This document shows, piece by piece, positions 21,244 through 34,230 of a DNA stretch of 64,000 nucleotides. A program made the position numbers and the translations under genes. Numbering within the stretch: the first letter of the stretch is position 1; each line of letters opens with the position of its first letter. Source of the stretch: an uncultured Gammaproteobacteria bacterium (lineage in GTDB: Bacteria; Pseudomonadota; Gammaproteobacteria; JABCZS01); contig CAWKDC010000001.1 in assembly GCA_963848305.1 (NCBI GenBank), positions 160,001 through 224,000 of the forward strand. The letters run 5' to 3'. The notes under the pieces are model-generated. The model was not told the DNA's origin, did not search any database, and saw only the letters and a list, made by a program, of their open reading frames with translations.

Positions 21244-21332
21244 GCCCGGGTGGCGGAATAGGTAGACGCAAGGGACTTAAAATCCCTCGGGATTTAACTC
21301 CCGTGCCGGTTCGATTCCGGCTCCGGGCACCA
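21244..21332 (+). tRNA. tRNA-Leu(TAA)
   Basis: GCCCGGGTGGCGGAATAGGTAGACGC...CTTAAAA...GGTTCGATTCC...CCA. Confidence 0.96.
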
Positions 21333-21397
21333 CAATTGTCAGCACGTGCTAAACTGTCGTTGGAAGGAACCATTAAACAACATTTAGGCAATTAACT

Positions 21398-24300
21398 ATG
21401 CGCATTAAATCATTAAGATTGGCACGTATCAAGCTTGCAGGTTTTAAATCTTTCGTTGATCCTACCACCATTGAATTCAAGTCCGACCGTGTGGCTGTCG
21501 TTGGACCCAATGGGTGCGGTAAATCCAACGTGATTGATGCCGTTCGTTGGGTGATGGGAGAAAGCTCCGCCAAGCATCTCCGTGGCGACTCCATGACTGA
21601 CGTCATTTTCAACGGCTCTACTGGGCGCAAGCCAGTCGGTCAAGCCAGTGTTGAGCTCGTGTTTGACAACAGCGAGGGCAGTCTTGGGGGCGAATATGCT
21701 GCCTATGCTGAAATCTCTATCAAGCGTGTCGTTAACCGTGAAGCAGAATCTCATTACTATTTGAATGGTGTGCGTTGCCGGCGTCGCGATATCACGCATA
21801 TTTTCTTGGGTACAGGCTTGGGTGCGCGCAGTTATTCCATCATTGAGCAGGGCATGATTTCCCGTTTGATTGAAGCCAAACCTGAAGACTTGCGCAATTT
21901 TCTCGAAGAAACGGCTGGTATCTCAAAATATAAAGATCGTCGACGTGAAACCGAAAACAGGATGAAGCATACGCGTGAAAATTTGGATCGCTTGAATGAT
22001 CTGCGTGACGAGTTGGAACGCCAGCAAGAAAAATTAAAGCGTCAATCAGAATCTGCTGCTAAATTCAAAATTTTCAGAGAAGAAGAAGATTTATTACAAG
22101 CACAATTTCTGGGCATTCAATGGCGCGATCTAGACGCAAAATACAATCAAGAAAGTGCTTCACTGGGCGTTGCGCAAACCCATGCCGAAGGAATTGCTGC
22201 AGAACGCACACGGTTAGATGCACAGTGGGAGAAAATGCGCATTGAACATGACGCGCTCACGGATGCATTATCTCAAGCACAAAATCATTTTTACGATATC
22301 GGCTCTCAAGCCTCTCGCATCGAACAAGATTTGAAGCATGCGAAAAGTCGATTGGGCTCGCTCACCCATGAACACACCAGTACATTGCAAAGCTTGGGAG
22401 AGTTGCGTGAAGAGCAATCTCAAGATGAAGTGCATATATTGGGTTTGAATGAACGCGCAATATCGATTGAACCAACGTTATTAACCAGTGCAAAGGCTCA
22501 TGAGGCTGCTGCATTGCGTCTCTCCGAAGCGGAGCAAGCGCTGCAGCAGTGGCAAAAAGCGTGGGACACGTTGAATCAATCATTCCACACGGTTTCTCAA
22601 AAAGCCTATGGCGAACAAACCACCATCACGCATTTGGAACAAGCGACGTTCAAAGCGCAAGAGCGTTTATCAAAACTGAATACACAAGCGGCAGCCTTGT
22701 CCAGTCAAGCGCTCGATACTCAAATGGCACAAGCCAATGAACGCGTTGCTGCGGCACACGCGCACCTTGAGCAGACTAAACTCGCACTGGAAGAGGCGCG
22801 CACACGGATCCAGTCTGCCCGCGATCAGATCACAGAAGCGCAACATGCTCTAGATGATCATAAAGAAGACGTCCAAAGCACGAAAGCAGATTTAGCAAAA
22901 CAACTTGCACTGCAAGAAGCTGCACTGAAAGGTGTTCATCAGTCTACATCAGAATGGTTAAAATCACGCGGATATGACAGTGCTAAACGGTTAGCACAAT
23001 GCTTGTCTGTTGAACCAGGCTATGAACAAGCCGTTGAAACCGTGTTAGGGGATACGTTGCAAGCTGTCTGTGTGAGCGATTTGCTCACGGTGCGCGAAGG
23101 ATTGGGCGATTTCCCTGCAGGGGATTGTTGTTTCTTAACCTCATCCAACGACACGTTATCGCCCAAAGCCAATTCATTGCTCAGTAAAATTCAACAAAGT
23201 CCATTTGATTTGTCCGGTTGGTTGGGACACATTCTGGTTGCTGAGTCAGATGGAGAAGCGTGGGCCATGCAATCGCAATTAGCGCCACACGAATCAGTGA
23301 TCACGAAAGACGGCTTATGGCTATCCAAATCATGGCTTCGCGTTAGCAAGAAAGTCACTGAAAACACCTCCATTTTAGCGCGAGAAAAACGCATTCATGC
23401 TCTGACGCAGGCGTTGGCGGCACTCGAGGCAGAAACACCTGCGCTGGCAGAAGCCTTGTCAATGGCCCATGAAGCATTGGCTGATCGAGAAATGGATCGC
23501 GATGATGCGCAAAAGGCATCAAACGAATCACACCGTTTAATGGTAGAAGCCCGTTCGAATTTGGCTTCATTGCAAAAAGAAGCCACGCAAATCGCTGATC
23601 GACGTCGTCAAGTTGAACAAGAATTGGCGGATGTCACGAAACAATTGTCTCAAGATGAAACGCGCATCAAAGAAACACGTGCCACATTAGAGCAACATCT
23701 CGATCAGATGGCTGCATTCGAGCAACAGAAAACGGCTCAATTAACCACTAAAGATCAGATCATGCAAGCATTTCACGATGCAAAAACGTTGTCGAAGCAA
23801 ACATTCGATGAAGCGCAGCGTATTAAAATCGAATTGTCAGGATTGCAGTCTTCATTACAAAGTGCCTCAAAAAATAAAGACCGCTTGAGTGCTCAGCTTG
23901 ACAAAATGTCTCAGCAAGCTGCTCGTTTGCAAGTTGAGATGGAAGAAACTTCAAAACCTTTACCAGAGATGGAAGCAACTTTTGCCGCTTTATTGGATCG
24001 CCGTGCTCAGGCAGATACTGCATTACAAGCTGCTCGCACGACGCTTGATGCGAGTGCGCATGCCATGCGTGATTGTGAGCAGCAGCGTCATACGCTGGAA
24101 CAAGCTCTGCAAGAGGCGCGTGAAAAGTTGGAAGGCATGCGTTTGAACTTGCAAACATTGAAAGTCCGTGCAGAAACTTTGCAAGAGCAAATGTCTTCAT
24201 CTTCTTTTGTGTTGCTGGACGTTGTTCAAGGATTACCACCGGAAGCGACAGCATCATCACTGGAATCCCAATTAAACACAGTGCGCGATCGTATCAAACG

Positions 24301-24916
24301 GTTAGGTGCAATTAACTTAGCTGCCATCGAAGAATATGAGGCCACGCATGAGCGCCGCGCCTACCTCGATGCGCAATTGCTGGATTTGAACACAGCGCTC
24401 GAAGCACTCGAGTCTGCCATTGCGCGCATCGATAAAGAAACGCGTGATCGCTTCAAAGAAACATTCGATAAAGTGAATGATAATTTGAAACAATTGTTCC
24501 CTCAAGTTTTCAATGGGGGAGAAGCGTATTTGGAAATGACGGGCGACAATTTGCTTGAAACAGGTGTGTCCATCATGGCACGTCCCCCTGGTAAACGCAA
24601 TGCGACCATTCATTTATTATCAGGTGGTGAAAAAGCATTGACTGCCATGGCCTTGGTGTTTTCATTGTTCCGCCTCAACCCGTCACCTTTCTGTATGCTG
24701 GATGAAGTGGATGCGCCTTTGGATGATACCAATGTGGGTCGCTTCTGTAATTTGGTGAAAGAAATGGCGAAGTCTGTTCAATTTATTTTTATCACGCACA
24801 ACAAATTAACCATGGAAATGGGTGAAACGTTGATGGGTGTGACCATGAAAGAGCCTGGTGTTTCGCGCATTGTGTCGGTGAACATCGATGAGGCTGCGGA
24901 ATTAATAGACGCGTAG
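21398..24916 (+). CDS. smc: Chromosome segregation protein SMC
   Basis: GFKSF, GPNGCGKSN, coiled coils and hinge, LSGGEKAL, LDEVDAPLD. Confidence 0.96.
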   Translation: MRIKSLRLARIKLAGFKSFVDPTTIEFKSDRVAVVGPNGCGKSNVIDAVRWVMGESSAKHLRGDSMTDVIFNGSTGRKPVGQASVELVFDNSEGSLGGEYAAYAEISIKRVVNREAESHYYLNGVRCRRRDITHIFLGTGLGARSYSIIEQGMISRLIEAKPEDLRNFLEETAGISKYKDRRRETENRMKHTRENLDRLNDLRDELERQQEKLKRQSESAAKFKIFREEEDLLQAQFLGIQWRDLDAKYNQESASLGVAQTHAEGIAAERTRLDAQWEKMRIEHDALTDALSQAQNHFYDIGSQASRIEQDLKHAKSRLGSLTHEHTSTLQSLGELREEQSQDEVHILGLNERAISIEPTLLTSAKAHEAAALRLSEAEQALQQWQKAWDTLNQSFHTVSQKAYGEQTTITHLEQATFKAQERLSKLNTQAAALSSQALDTQMAQANERVAAAHAHLEQTKLALEEARTRIQSARDQITEAQHALDDHKEDVQSTKADLAKQLALQEAALKGVHQSTSEWLKSRGYDSAKRLAQCLSVEPGYEQAVETVLGDTLQAVCVSDLLTVREGLGDFPAGDCCFLTSSNDTLSPKANSLLSKIQQSPFDLSGWLGHILVAESDGEAWAMQSQLAPHESVITKDGLWLSKSWLRVSKKVTENTSILAREKRIHALTQALAALEAETPALAEALSMAHEALADREMDRDDAQKASNESHRLMVEARSNLASLQKEATQIADRRRQVEQELADVTKQLSQDETRIKETRATLEQHLDQMAAFEQQKTAQLTTKDQIMQAFHDAKTLSKQTFDEAQRIKIELSGLQSSLQSASKNKDRLSAQLDKMSQQAARLQVEMEETSKPLPEMEATFAALLDRRAQADTALQAARTTLDASAHAMRDCEQQRHTLEQALQEAREKLEGMRLNLQTLKVRAETLQEQMSSSSFVLLDVVQGLPPEATASSLESQLNTVRDRIKRLGAINLAAIEEYEATHERRAYLDAQLLDLNTALEALESAIARIDKETRDRFKETFDKVNDNLKQLFPQVFNGGEAYLEMTGDNLLETGVSIMARPPGKRNATIHLLSGGEKALTAMALVFSLFRLNPSPFCMLDEVDAPLDDTNVGRFCNLVKEMAKSVQFIFITHNKLTMEMGETLMGVTMKEPGVSRIVSVNIDEAAELIDA

Positions 24917-24993
24917 CGACACAATCTTGTTTGGGCACGGTCTATGTGCCTACTTGCTTGTAGGGGCAGGTTCATTAACACGGAGGATATAAA

Positions 24994-27557
<2,564 letters not shown>

Positions 27558-27587
27558 GGGCGGATATTTCTATGGTACGATCATCCC

Positions 27588-28373
27588 ATGCGTATCGCCA
27601 TGGGTCTAGAATATGAGGGAACCGCTTATAGCGGCTTTCAAGCACAGCCGGAGGGTAAAACCGTTGCTGATTGCTTGAATGCGGCCATTTCCCAGGTCGC
27701 CAATGAACCGATTGAATGTATTTGTGCTGGCCGAACCGACGCCGGCGTTCATGCCCGCGGCCAGGTCATCCACTTTGATACCCACGCTATTCGCACTGAA
27801 CATGCCTGGTTGATGGGCGTCAATCGTTATCTGCCGCCTGATATTGCCATTCAATGGGTGAAATTCGTGCCCATTGATTTTCATGCCCGTTTCGATGCAA
27901 CAGCCAGACGATACCATTATCATATCTTGAATAAGCCAGTTCGTCCTGGGTTGGACGCACGCTTCTTGACATGGCATTATGTTCACCTGGACGCAGAGCG
28001 CATGCATGAGGCGGCCCAATTATTGGTCGGTGAACATGATTTTTCGGCTTTTCGCGGGAGTGATTGCCAAGCAAAAAGCCCTGTTAAAACAGTTCACTAT
28101 ATCAATGTCGTGAGAAATCAGGATATCATTTGCTTGGACATCAAAGCCAATGCATTTTTGTACCACATGGTGCGAAACATCGTGGGCACCCTCTATAAGA
28201 TAGGGGAAGGCAGACAGCCTGTGCAGTGGATGTCTGTGGTGTTGGAAGGTCGGGATCGTGCCAAGGCAGGCGAAACAGCTCCCGCAAAAGGCCTGACATT
28301 ACTTGAGATTAGTTACCCAGAGGTATACAATCTGCCCGTGGGCGCAAGTATGCGTCCCTACAGCCCTATTTAA
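27588..28373 (+). CDS. truA: tRNA pseudouridine(38-40) synthase
   Basis: [26 protein letters not shown]. Confidence 0.95.
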   Translation: MRIAMGLEYEGTAYSGFQAQPEGKTVADCLNAAISQVANEPIECICAGRTDAGVHARGQVIHFDTHAIRTEHAWLMGVNRYLPPDIAIQWVKFVPIDFHARFDATARRYHYHILNKPVRPGLDARFLTWHYVHLDAERMHEAAQLLVGEHDFSAFRGSDCQAKSPVKTVHYINVVRNQDIICLDIKANAFLYHMVRNIVGTLYKIGEGRQPVQWMSVVLEGRDRAKAGETAPAKGLTLLEISYPEVYNLPVGASMRPYSPI

Positions 28374-28395
28374 CAATTACATAGGATCGCAACAT

Positions 28396-29256
28396 ATGAG
28401 CTGGTTCAAAAAACTCTTTCCATCCCGCATCGCGACCACGACAGAATCACGTCGTGGCGTACCTGAGGGCGTATGGACCAAATGTCCCAACTGTCAGGCA
28501 GTATTATACCGCGCTGAGCTCGAGCGCAACCTTGAAGTATGTCCGAAATGCCAACACCACATTCGCTTAAGCGCGCGTAAACGGTTGGAATACTTTTTTG
28601 ATAAGGGCATGTATGAAGAAATTGGTGCTGATATCCAACCTGTCGATCGCTTAAAATTCAAAGACACTAAAAAATATAAAGACAGACTGCTCGCTGCTCA
28701 AAAAGAGAGTGGTGAACATGATGCCTTGATCTCAGGTCAAGGAACGCTCGAAGGGCACCCCATCGTTGCTTGCGCATTTGACTTTGGTTTTATCGGGGGA
28801 TCAATGGGCGCTGTGGTTGGTGAGCGATTTGTGCTAGCGGCAGAACGTGCATTGGCAGAGCGCATTCCTTTCATTTGCTTTTCAACAAGCGGTGGCGCGC
28901 GCATGCAAGAATCGGTCATCTCCCTCATGCAAATGGCCAAAACATCCGCCGCATTGGCGCGTTTGGCACAAGCGGGTGTTCCTTACATTTCTGTGATGGC
29001 TGATCCGACCTACGGCGGCGTTTCGGCCAGCTTGGCAATGCTAGGGGATGTGAACATTGCAGAACCTCATGCCATGATTGGTTTCACAGGCCCGCGCGTG
29101 ATCGCACAAACGGTGCGCGAAACCTTGCCAGAAGGGTTTCAAACTGCTGAATTCTTATTGGCACACGGTTTCATCGACATGATTGTCGCTCGTGGCGATA
29201 TGCGCTCGGTTGTATCTCGATTGACAGGAAAATTCATGCATGCCCAAGCGGTTTAG
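28396..29256 (+). CDS. accD: Acetyl-CoA carboxylase carboxyltransferase beta subunit
   Basis: MSWFKK start; WTKCPNC...CPKC Zn finger; [13 protein letters not shown]. Confidence 0.95.
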   Translation: MSWFKKLFPSRIATTTESRRGVPEGVWTKCPNCQAVLYRAELERNLEVCPKCQHHIRLSARKRLEYFFDKGMYEEIGADIQPVDRLKFKDTKKYKDRLLAAQKESGEHDALISGQGTLEGHPIVACAFDFGFIGGSMGAVVGERFVLAAERALAERIPFICFSTSGGARMQESVISLMQMAKTSAALARLAQAGVPYISVMADPTYGGVSASLAMLGDVNIAEPHAMIGFTGPRVIAQTVRETLPEGFQTAEFLLAHGFIDMIVARGDMRSVVSRLTGKFMHAQAV

Positions 29257-30556
29257 CAGCCAATCTTTGGCTGAATGGCTCACGTACTTGGAAGGGATGC
29301 ATGCCAAAACCATTGATTTGGGGTTGGAACGTATGCGGCCTGTTGCCGAACAGATTTGGCCTCACAATCCTTGTCCTGTCGTCACTGTGGCAGGCACCAA
29401 TGGCAAGGGGACGACTGTCGCGGCCTTGCAAACCTTGGCGGCACACGCTGGATGGCGCGTGGGCGTGTACACATCGCCGCATCTTTTTCAATTTAATGAG
29501 CGCATAGTACTGGATTTGCCCGGCAGTGGCGCACAGCCTGTTTCCGATATGCAGTTGATTGAAGCGTTTGAGCAGATTGATTCCCTGCGGGGTGATGTCA
29601 CGCTCACTTATTTTGAATTCACGACCTTGGCGGCTTTATATGTGTTCCGCAGTATGCACCTTGATTTGGTGATCCTTGAGGTGGGGCTGGGCGGTCGTCT
29701 TGATTCAACCAATGTGGTCGACGCTGATATCGCTATCATTACCCGGATTGCGCTGGATCACATGGATTATTTGGGGGATACGCGCGAGCAGATTGCAGTT
29801 GAAAAGGCGGGCATCATGCGTCCTGGGAAACCCTGTATTTACGGTGGCAATGATTTGCTAGGGGTGATTCAAGACTGTGCGAATAAGCAGAGTGCACAGT
29901 TACGTACCATCAGTTTGCTTCTTAACGATCCTGTGCTGAAGCAAGTCTCGCAGCACACCCTGATTCCTGTGGCCAATCTGGCGTGTGCATTCACAGCATT
30001 TCAATTATTGGGCGGGCAGAGCAGTGTGTCACAGTGGAACCAGCTCGCAAACAAAAAACCAAAAGGGCGTTTTACGCCTGTCAATTGGCAAGGCAAAACC
30101 GTCATATTTGATGTCGCCCATAACCCTGATGCCATGGCATTGCTGGCTCAGCATATTGCCCAATTACCTCAAGCAGATGTTCGGCTGGTGATCGGCATGT
30201 TGGCGGATAAAGACCATCACGCGTCTGTACAGCCTTTAAAACACGACCCGCGGATACGGTTCTATGTTTCATCTCCATCAGGTACGCCACGGGCAGCACC
30301 AGCTGCATCATTGATGAATGCGCTGGAACTTAAGACTGCAAGAACATTCAATACGCTAGAGATTGCATTTCATGCTTCGCTTGAGGAATCAGGTTCCGAC
30401 ACTGTATGGATAGTGGCAGGGTCATTCTATACCGTGGCGGAGGTGTGGCATCTGTTGACAGGAGGATGGCAAGCTGGTACTCTCGTAGGCAGTGGATATA
30501 CTTATTTGGAGGCATCATGCCAGAGTCGAACAAAGGTTCAGATGATAAAGGTCTAG
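29240..30556 (+). CDS. folC: Folylpolyglutamate/dihydrofolate synthase with an extended C-terminus overlapping cassette 1
   Basis: [39 protein letters not shown]. Confidence 0.94.
   Translation: MPKRFSSQSLAEWLTYLEGMHAKTIDLGLERMRPVAEQIWPHNPCPVVTVAGTNGKGTTVAALQTLAAHAGWRVGVYTSPHLFQFNERIVLDLPGSGAQPVSDMQLIEAFEQIDSLRGDVTLTYFEFTTLAALYVFRSMHLDLVILEVGLGGRLDSTNVVDADIAIITRIALDHMDYLGDTREQIAVEKAGIMRPGKPCIYGGNDLLGVIQDCANKQSAQLRTISLLLNDPVLKQVSQHTLIPVANLACAFTAFQLLGGQSSVSQWNQLANKKPKGRFTPVNWQGKTVIFDVAHNPDAMALLAQHIAQLPQADVRLVIGMLADKDHHASVQPLKHDPRIRFYVSSPSGTPRAAPAASLMNALELKTARTFNTLEIAFHASLEESGSDTVWIVAGSFYTVAEVWHLLTGGWQAGTLVGSGYTYLEASCQSRTKVQMIKV
30455..30483 (+). promoter_or_regulatory. Sigma70-type cassette promoter inside the folC 3' end; further copies at 32267, 32855, 33281, 33763, 34334
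   Basis: TTGACA-17 bp-TACTCT in all six leaders; hexamers and spacing invariant while spacer sequence differs. Confidence 0.78.
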
Positions 30557-30900
30557 CTTATTACGCTTGCTTTGCGGTGATTTTCGGTACAATTGGTGCG
30601 TGCGTTGGTTGTACAATTGCGCAAGACTTGGGTGAAGTCATCCTTGCCGATGGCCCCCCGCCTGGTTATGCTCATTTTATGACAGAGAGTGAATCAACCC
30701 ATATCGACGGTTATACCCAAGCAGGCAAAGCATGGGTAGGCGGCAGCACAGGTGTTGGTGCGCTCTTTGGTATGATGTTAGTGATGCTCTACAGAAATAG
30801 TGCAGTGGTCAAAAGCACGTTCACATCGCTCTTTAATTCGAAGCGTGCTGATACCAGCGCAGGTGCTGGTCGTGAGCCACTTCTAAATAACAATATCTAA
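30517..30900 (+). CDS. Array membrane protein, cassette 1
   Basis: GGAGG RBS; two hydrophobic segments; LGE..., YTQAGKAWVGGSTGVG and LYRN family motifs. Confidence 0.85.
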   Translation: MPESNKGSDDKGLAYYACFAVIFGTIGACVGCTIAQDLGEVILADGPPPGYAHFMTESESTHIDGYTQAGKAWVGGSTGVGALFGMMLVMLYRNSAVVKSTFTSLFNSKRADTSAGAGREPLLNNNI

Positions 30901-30962
30901 GCGTAATATCTTCATGCACAGGCTCATTGCGAGCAGTGCGTAGTGAATGATTTGTGTGGGTG

Positions 30963-32111
30963 TTACATAACATAATTTGGCACTAATTGCTGTAAGAAAA
31001 CATCACAGGGCATACACAGTATTTTTCCGCGACGAAATGTTTCGGAGCCTCGATACAATAATATGGCACTAGCTTCTGGATAGTCCGCTAAAAAAATATT
31101 AAGTGCTTTTACATCATCATTTGAAACTTGTGTTGAGTTTTTAACTTCTATCGCCCAAAAAACTTTTGTACCGTAAACCACAAAATCAACCTCAACGCCG
31201 GATCGCGTTCTCCAAAAATGAATGGCATGCTTTTCAGTGGAATAATCATTCCATGCCCGCAAATGGTTTGCAACAAGACCCTCTAAACACGTGCCATTGA
31301 TTTCATCGTTACTATCCAATAAGCCGCGGGGACGTAATACGTTAAATACACCGCTATCAAAAAGATAAAATTTGGGATGCACACTCAATTCTCGTTGAGC
31401 ACGCTTGGTAAAGACAGGAATTTGATAAGCCAGCAAGAGCTCCTCTAATATCAAAATATAATTTTCAACCGTCTTACGCTTTACCGCGCATTCACGCGCA
31501 ATATTGGCGACATTCAGTATGGCTCCATGTGAAAACGAAACAACTTCTAAAAATCGTGAAAAACTCTCAATGTTTCTCGTTAGCCCTTCCATTTGTATTT
31601 CTTCATGCAAATAAAGGCTGATATACCCATGCAGAATATCCACCGCATCTGACTCTCCTGTGACCAAAGGCAATAATCCTTGCGACAATGCCTTTTCAAG
31701 ACTAAAGACATTTCCGAGTTCAGCGGCCATGAATGGATGTAATTCACGTTTCAGGGCACGTCCGCCTAATAAATCTGCGCTCGTCCGTTTCAGCTTCCGT
31801 GAACTGGATCCAGTCAAAATAAATTGCTTTCCTTGTTTTTTTTCTATTTCTTGGTGCACAATTGAAAGCAAACTGGGTGCTTTCTGTACCTCATCAATAA
31901 TAATGGTGTTCTTATCAGGGTAGTCTTGTATCAGTTCTGCAAAACGTCCAGGTTGAGCCAGGTAAGTATGCAATACAGAAGGCGTCAGCAAATCGATGTA
32001 TAGGGCGTCAGGATAGTAGGCTTTTGCCCAGGTCGATTTTCCAGTGCCACGCGGCCCGAAGAGAAAAAAGCTTCGACTGGGTGGTGAAAAAAACCTTTTT
32101 ATCATAGACAT
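30963..32111 (-). CDS. AAA+ ATPase with C-terminal DUF4143 / PD-(D/E)xK-like domain
   Basis: GPRGTGKST, IIIDEVQK, TGSS, PKFYLFDSG, FWRTRSGVEVDFV...AIEVK. Confidence 0.88.
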   Translation of the reverse strand: MSMIKRFFSPPSRSFFLFGPRGTGKSTWAKAYYPDALYIDLLTPSVLHTYLAQPGRFAELIQDYPDKNTIIIDEVQKAPSLLSIVHQEIEKKQGKQFILTGSSSRKLKRTSADLLGGRALKRELHPFMAAELGNVFSLEKALSQGLLPLVTGESDAVDILHGYISLYLHEEIQMEGLTRNIESFSRFLEVVSFSHGAILNVANIARECAVKRKTVENYILILEELLLAYQIPVFTKRAQRELSVHPKFYLFDSGVFNVLRPRGLLDSNDEINGTCLEGLVANHLRAWNDYSTEKHAIHFWRTRSGVEVDFVVYGTKVFWAIEVKNSTQVSNDDVKALNIFLADYPEASAILLYRGSETFRRGKILCMPCDVFLQQLVPNYVM

Positions 32112-32124
32112 AGCACGGACCCTC

Positions 32125-32185
32125 GCAATATGGCATCGGTAATGCCACTTTGAGTCTCATTATGGCATAACCGATGCCATATTGC
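32125..32185. promoter_or_regulatory. 23-bp inverted repeat upstream of the AAA+/DUF4143 gene
   Basis: GCAATATGGCATCGGTAATGCCA / TGGCATAACCGATGCCATATTGC (1 mismatch) around a TGAGTCTCA core. Confidence 0.7.
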
Positions 32186-32326
32186 AACGATGGGCTGGCC
32201 AACCGCTAACTCGGCTGATAGGTTGTTTATTGGTTTTGGCCTTCTATACCGCTGTGGTGGAACGTGTTGACAACGCAGTGTCAGCCTGGTACTCTGCCAG
32301 GAAGTTGATATACTTATTTCGAGGGC

Positions 32327-32692
32327 ATGATGGCAGGGCCAGCAACAGATTCTAAAGCGTACATGATTGAATATTTTTATGCTGTGGTGATTGGCGGCAT
32401 GTTGGGTATGCTCGTGGGCATGGTGATTGCACGTGAATTGGGTGAAGGCATCTATCACGATGACTCAACCAGTGATGGTGCCAGTGGCAGCTATGGATAT
32501 ACTCAAGCAGGCCATCAATGGGTATGCGGCAGCACAGGTGTCGGTGTGTTCACTGGTATTTTGTTATTGACGCTCTATAGAAATAGTGCGGCGATCAAGA
32601 GCACGTTTACATCGTTATTTAGCTGGAAACCTGCTTCTACTGAACAAAATATGAATAGTCAACAAAGGCTACTCGAAAGTAACTTAGCGTAG
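32327..32692 (+). CDS. Array membrane protein, cassette 2
   Basis: Family motifs (IARELGE.IYHDD, YTQAG..WV.GSTGVG, LYRNSAAIKSTFTS). Confidence 0.85.
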   Translation: MMAGPATDSKAYMIEYFYAVVIGGMLGMLVGMVIARELGEGIYHDDSTSDGASGSYGYTQAGHQWVCGSTGVGVFTGILLLTLYRNSAAIKSTFTSLFSWKPASTEQNMNSQQRLLESNLA

Positions 32693-32701
32693 CACCTTCT
32701 T

Positions 32702-32810
32702 GCGCGCTTTCAGCGCTCACCTTGTTCTTTTACACGAGACCTAGGGTTACGATGCGCGCAGCGCATCTAACCCTAGGCTAAATGCTTAAAGGCCTCCGGC
32801 CTTTAACAGC
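32702..32810. repeat. Palindromic REP/REPIN-like element homologous to the tnpA flanks; partial copies at ~33176-33235, ~33664-33718, ~34255-34285, ~34790-34815
   Basis: GCGCTTTCAGCGCTC...CCTAGGGTTACGATGCG...CGCATCTAACCCTAGGCTAAATGCTTAAAGGCC-tcc-GGCCTT aligns with 55268-55381. Confidence 0.88.
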
Positions 32811-32914
32811 CTGCAATGTTGCTGGATCATTCTATACCGCTGTGGTGGAACGTGTTGACAAGGCAGTGTCAGCCTGGTACTCTGCCAGGAAGTTGATATA
32901 CTTATTTGGAGGGC

Positions 32915-33214
32915 ATGATGGCTGATAAGAATTCACAAGATTTAATCGATCTGTGTTATGTGGGAAGCGCGGTGATTGGCGGCTTATTCGGTATCCTGGT
33001 GGGTATAGTGATTGCACAAAAATTGGGTGAATGCATCTATCACGATGATCCAACCAGTGGGGCAGATGACGTATCAACATTTTATGAATACACCCAAGCA
33101 GGCAAAGCATGGGTAGGCGGCAGCACAGGTGTCGGTGTGTTCATTGGTATTTTCTCAATGATGCTTTATAGAAATGATGCGCGCAGCGCATCTAACCTTA
33201 GGCTAAATGCCTAA
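32915..33214 (+). CDS. Array membrane protein, cassette 3 (C-tail replaced by REP sequence)
   Basis: Family motifs; after LYRN the frame runs into GATGCGCGCAGCGCATCTAACC. Confidence 0.82.
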   Translation: MMADKNSQDLIDLCYVGSAVIGGLFGILVGIVIAQKLGECIYHDDPTSGADDVSTFYEYTQAGKAWVGGSTGVGVFIGIFSMMLYRNDARSASNLRLNA

Positions 33215-33340
33215 AGGCCTCCGGCCTTTAACAGCCTGCAATGTTGCTGGGTCATTCTATACCGCTGTGTGGGGGGCGTGTTGACAAGGCAGTGTCAGCC
33301 CGGTACTCTGCTGGGAAGTGGATATACTTATTTGGAGGGC

Positions 33341-33682
33341 ATGATGGCTGATAAGAATTCACAAGATCCTGTTTATGTTCTGTGTTATATGATGAGCGTG
33401 CTTGTTTGTGGCATTATTGGTTCATTTGTGGGTTTAGCTATTGCGGCAGAGTTGGGTGAAACCATCCTTACCGATGACCCCGATGTCGACCTTTTTACTC
33501 AAGCAGGCAAAGCATGGGTAGGCGGCAGCACAGGTGTCGGTGTGCTCATGGGTATTTTGTTAGTGACGCTCTATAGAAATAAGGAACCGGTCAAGAGCAG
33601 GTTTACATCGTTATTTAGCTGGAAACCTGCTGCTACTGAACAACATATTGATACTCAAAAGGTTCTTTTACATGACACCTAG
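33341..33682 (+). CDS. Array membrane protein, cassette 4
   Basis: Family motifs; shortest loop; the TAG stop comes from the CCTAGGG of the repeat. Confidence 0.85.
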   Translation: MMADKNSQDPVYVLCYMMSVLVCGIIGSFVGLAIAAELGETILTDDPDVDLFTQAGKAWVGGSTGVGVLMGILLVTLYRNKEPVKSRFTSLFSWKPAATEQHIDTQKVLLHDT

Positions 33683-33822
33683 GGTTAGATGCCTAAAGGC
33701 CTCCGGCCTTTAACAGCCTGCAATGTTGCTGGGTCATTCTATACCGCTGTGTGGGGGGCATGTTGACAAGGCAGTGTCAGCCCGGTACTCTGGTAGGAAG
33801 TGGATATACTTATTTGGAGGGC

Positions 33823-34230
33823 ATGATGGCTAATGAGAATTCGCAAGAAGTTGACGCTCTGTATTATTTGGGAAGCGCGGTGATTTACGGCTTATTAGGT
33901 ATGCTGGTGGGCATGGTGATTGCACGTGAATTGGGTGAATGTATCTACCACGATGATCCAAGCAGTGGGGCAGATGACGTATCAACATTTCATGCAGGCG
34001 ACCATGCGGGTGATGATGGTAGTGATGCGTATTATGAATACACCCAAGCAGGCAAGGCATGGGTATGGGGCAGCACAGGTGTCGGTGTGTTCATTGGTAT
34101 TTTGTCAATGATGCTCTATAGAAATAGTGCGGCGATCAAGAGCACGTTCACATCATTTTTTGGCTTCAATACTTCCCAATCACAACCTGTGCCATCACCA
34201 AACCTACCTAACCCCTATAATAATCTATAG
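33823..34230 (+). CDS. Array membrane protein, cassette 5
   Basis: Family motifs; loop expanded by HAGDHAGDDGSDAY. Confidence 0.85.
   Translation: MMANENSQEVDALYYLGSAVIYGLLGMLVGMVIARELGECIYHDDPSSGADDVSTFHAGDHAGDDGSDAYYEYTQAGKAWVWGSTGVGVFIGILSMMLYRNSAAIKSTFTSFFGFNTSQSQPVPSPNLPNPYNNL

Noticed and set aside
21244-21400. tRNA-Leu or tRNA-Ser as an integration site for an island
   Set aside because: Core genes follow directly; no integrase or duplicated tRNA 3' end seen.
33269-33822. Longer GTG/TTG starts given by the ORF track for cassettes 1, 3, 4, 5 and 6
   Set aside because: Most run through the promoter leader; the GGAGG RBS places the starts at the downstream ATGs.
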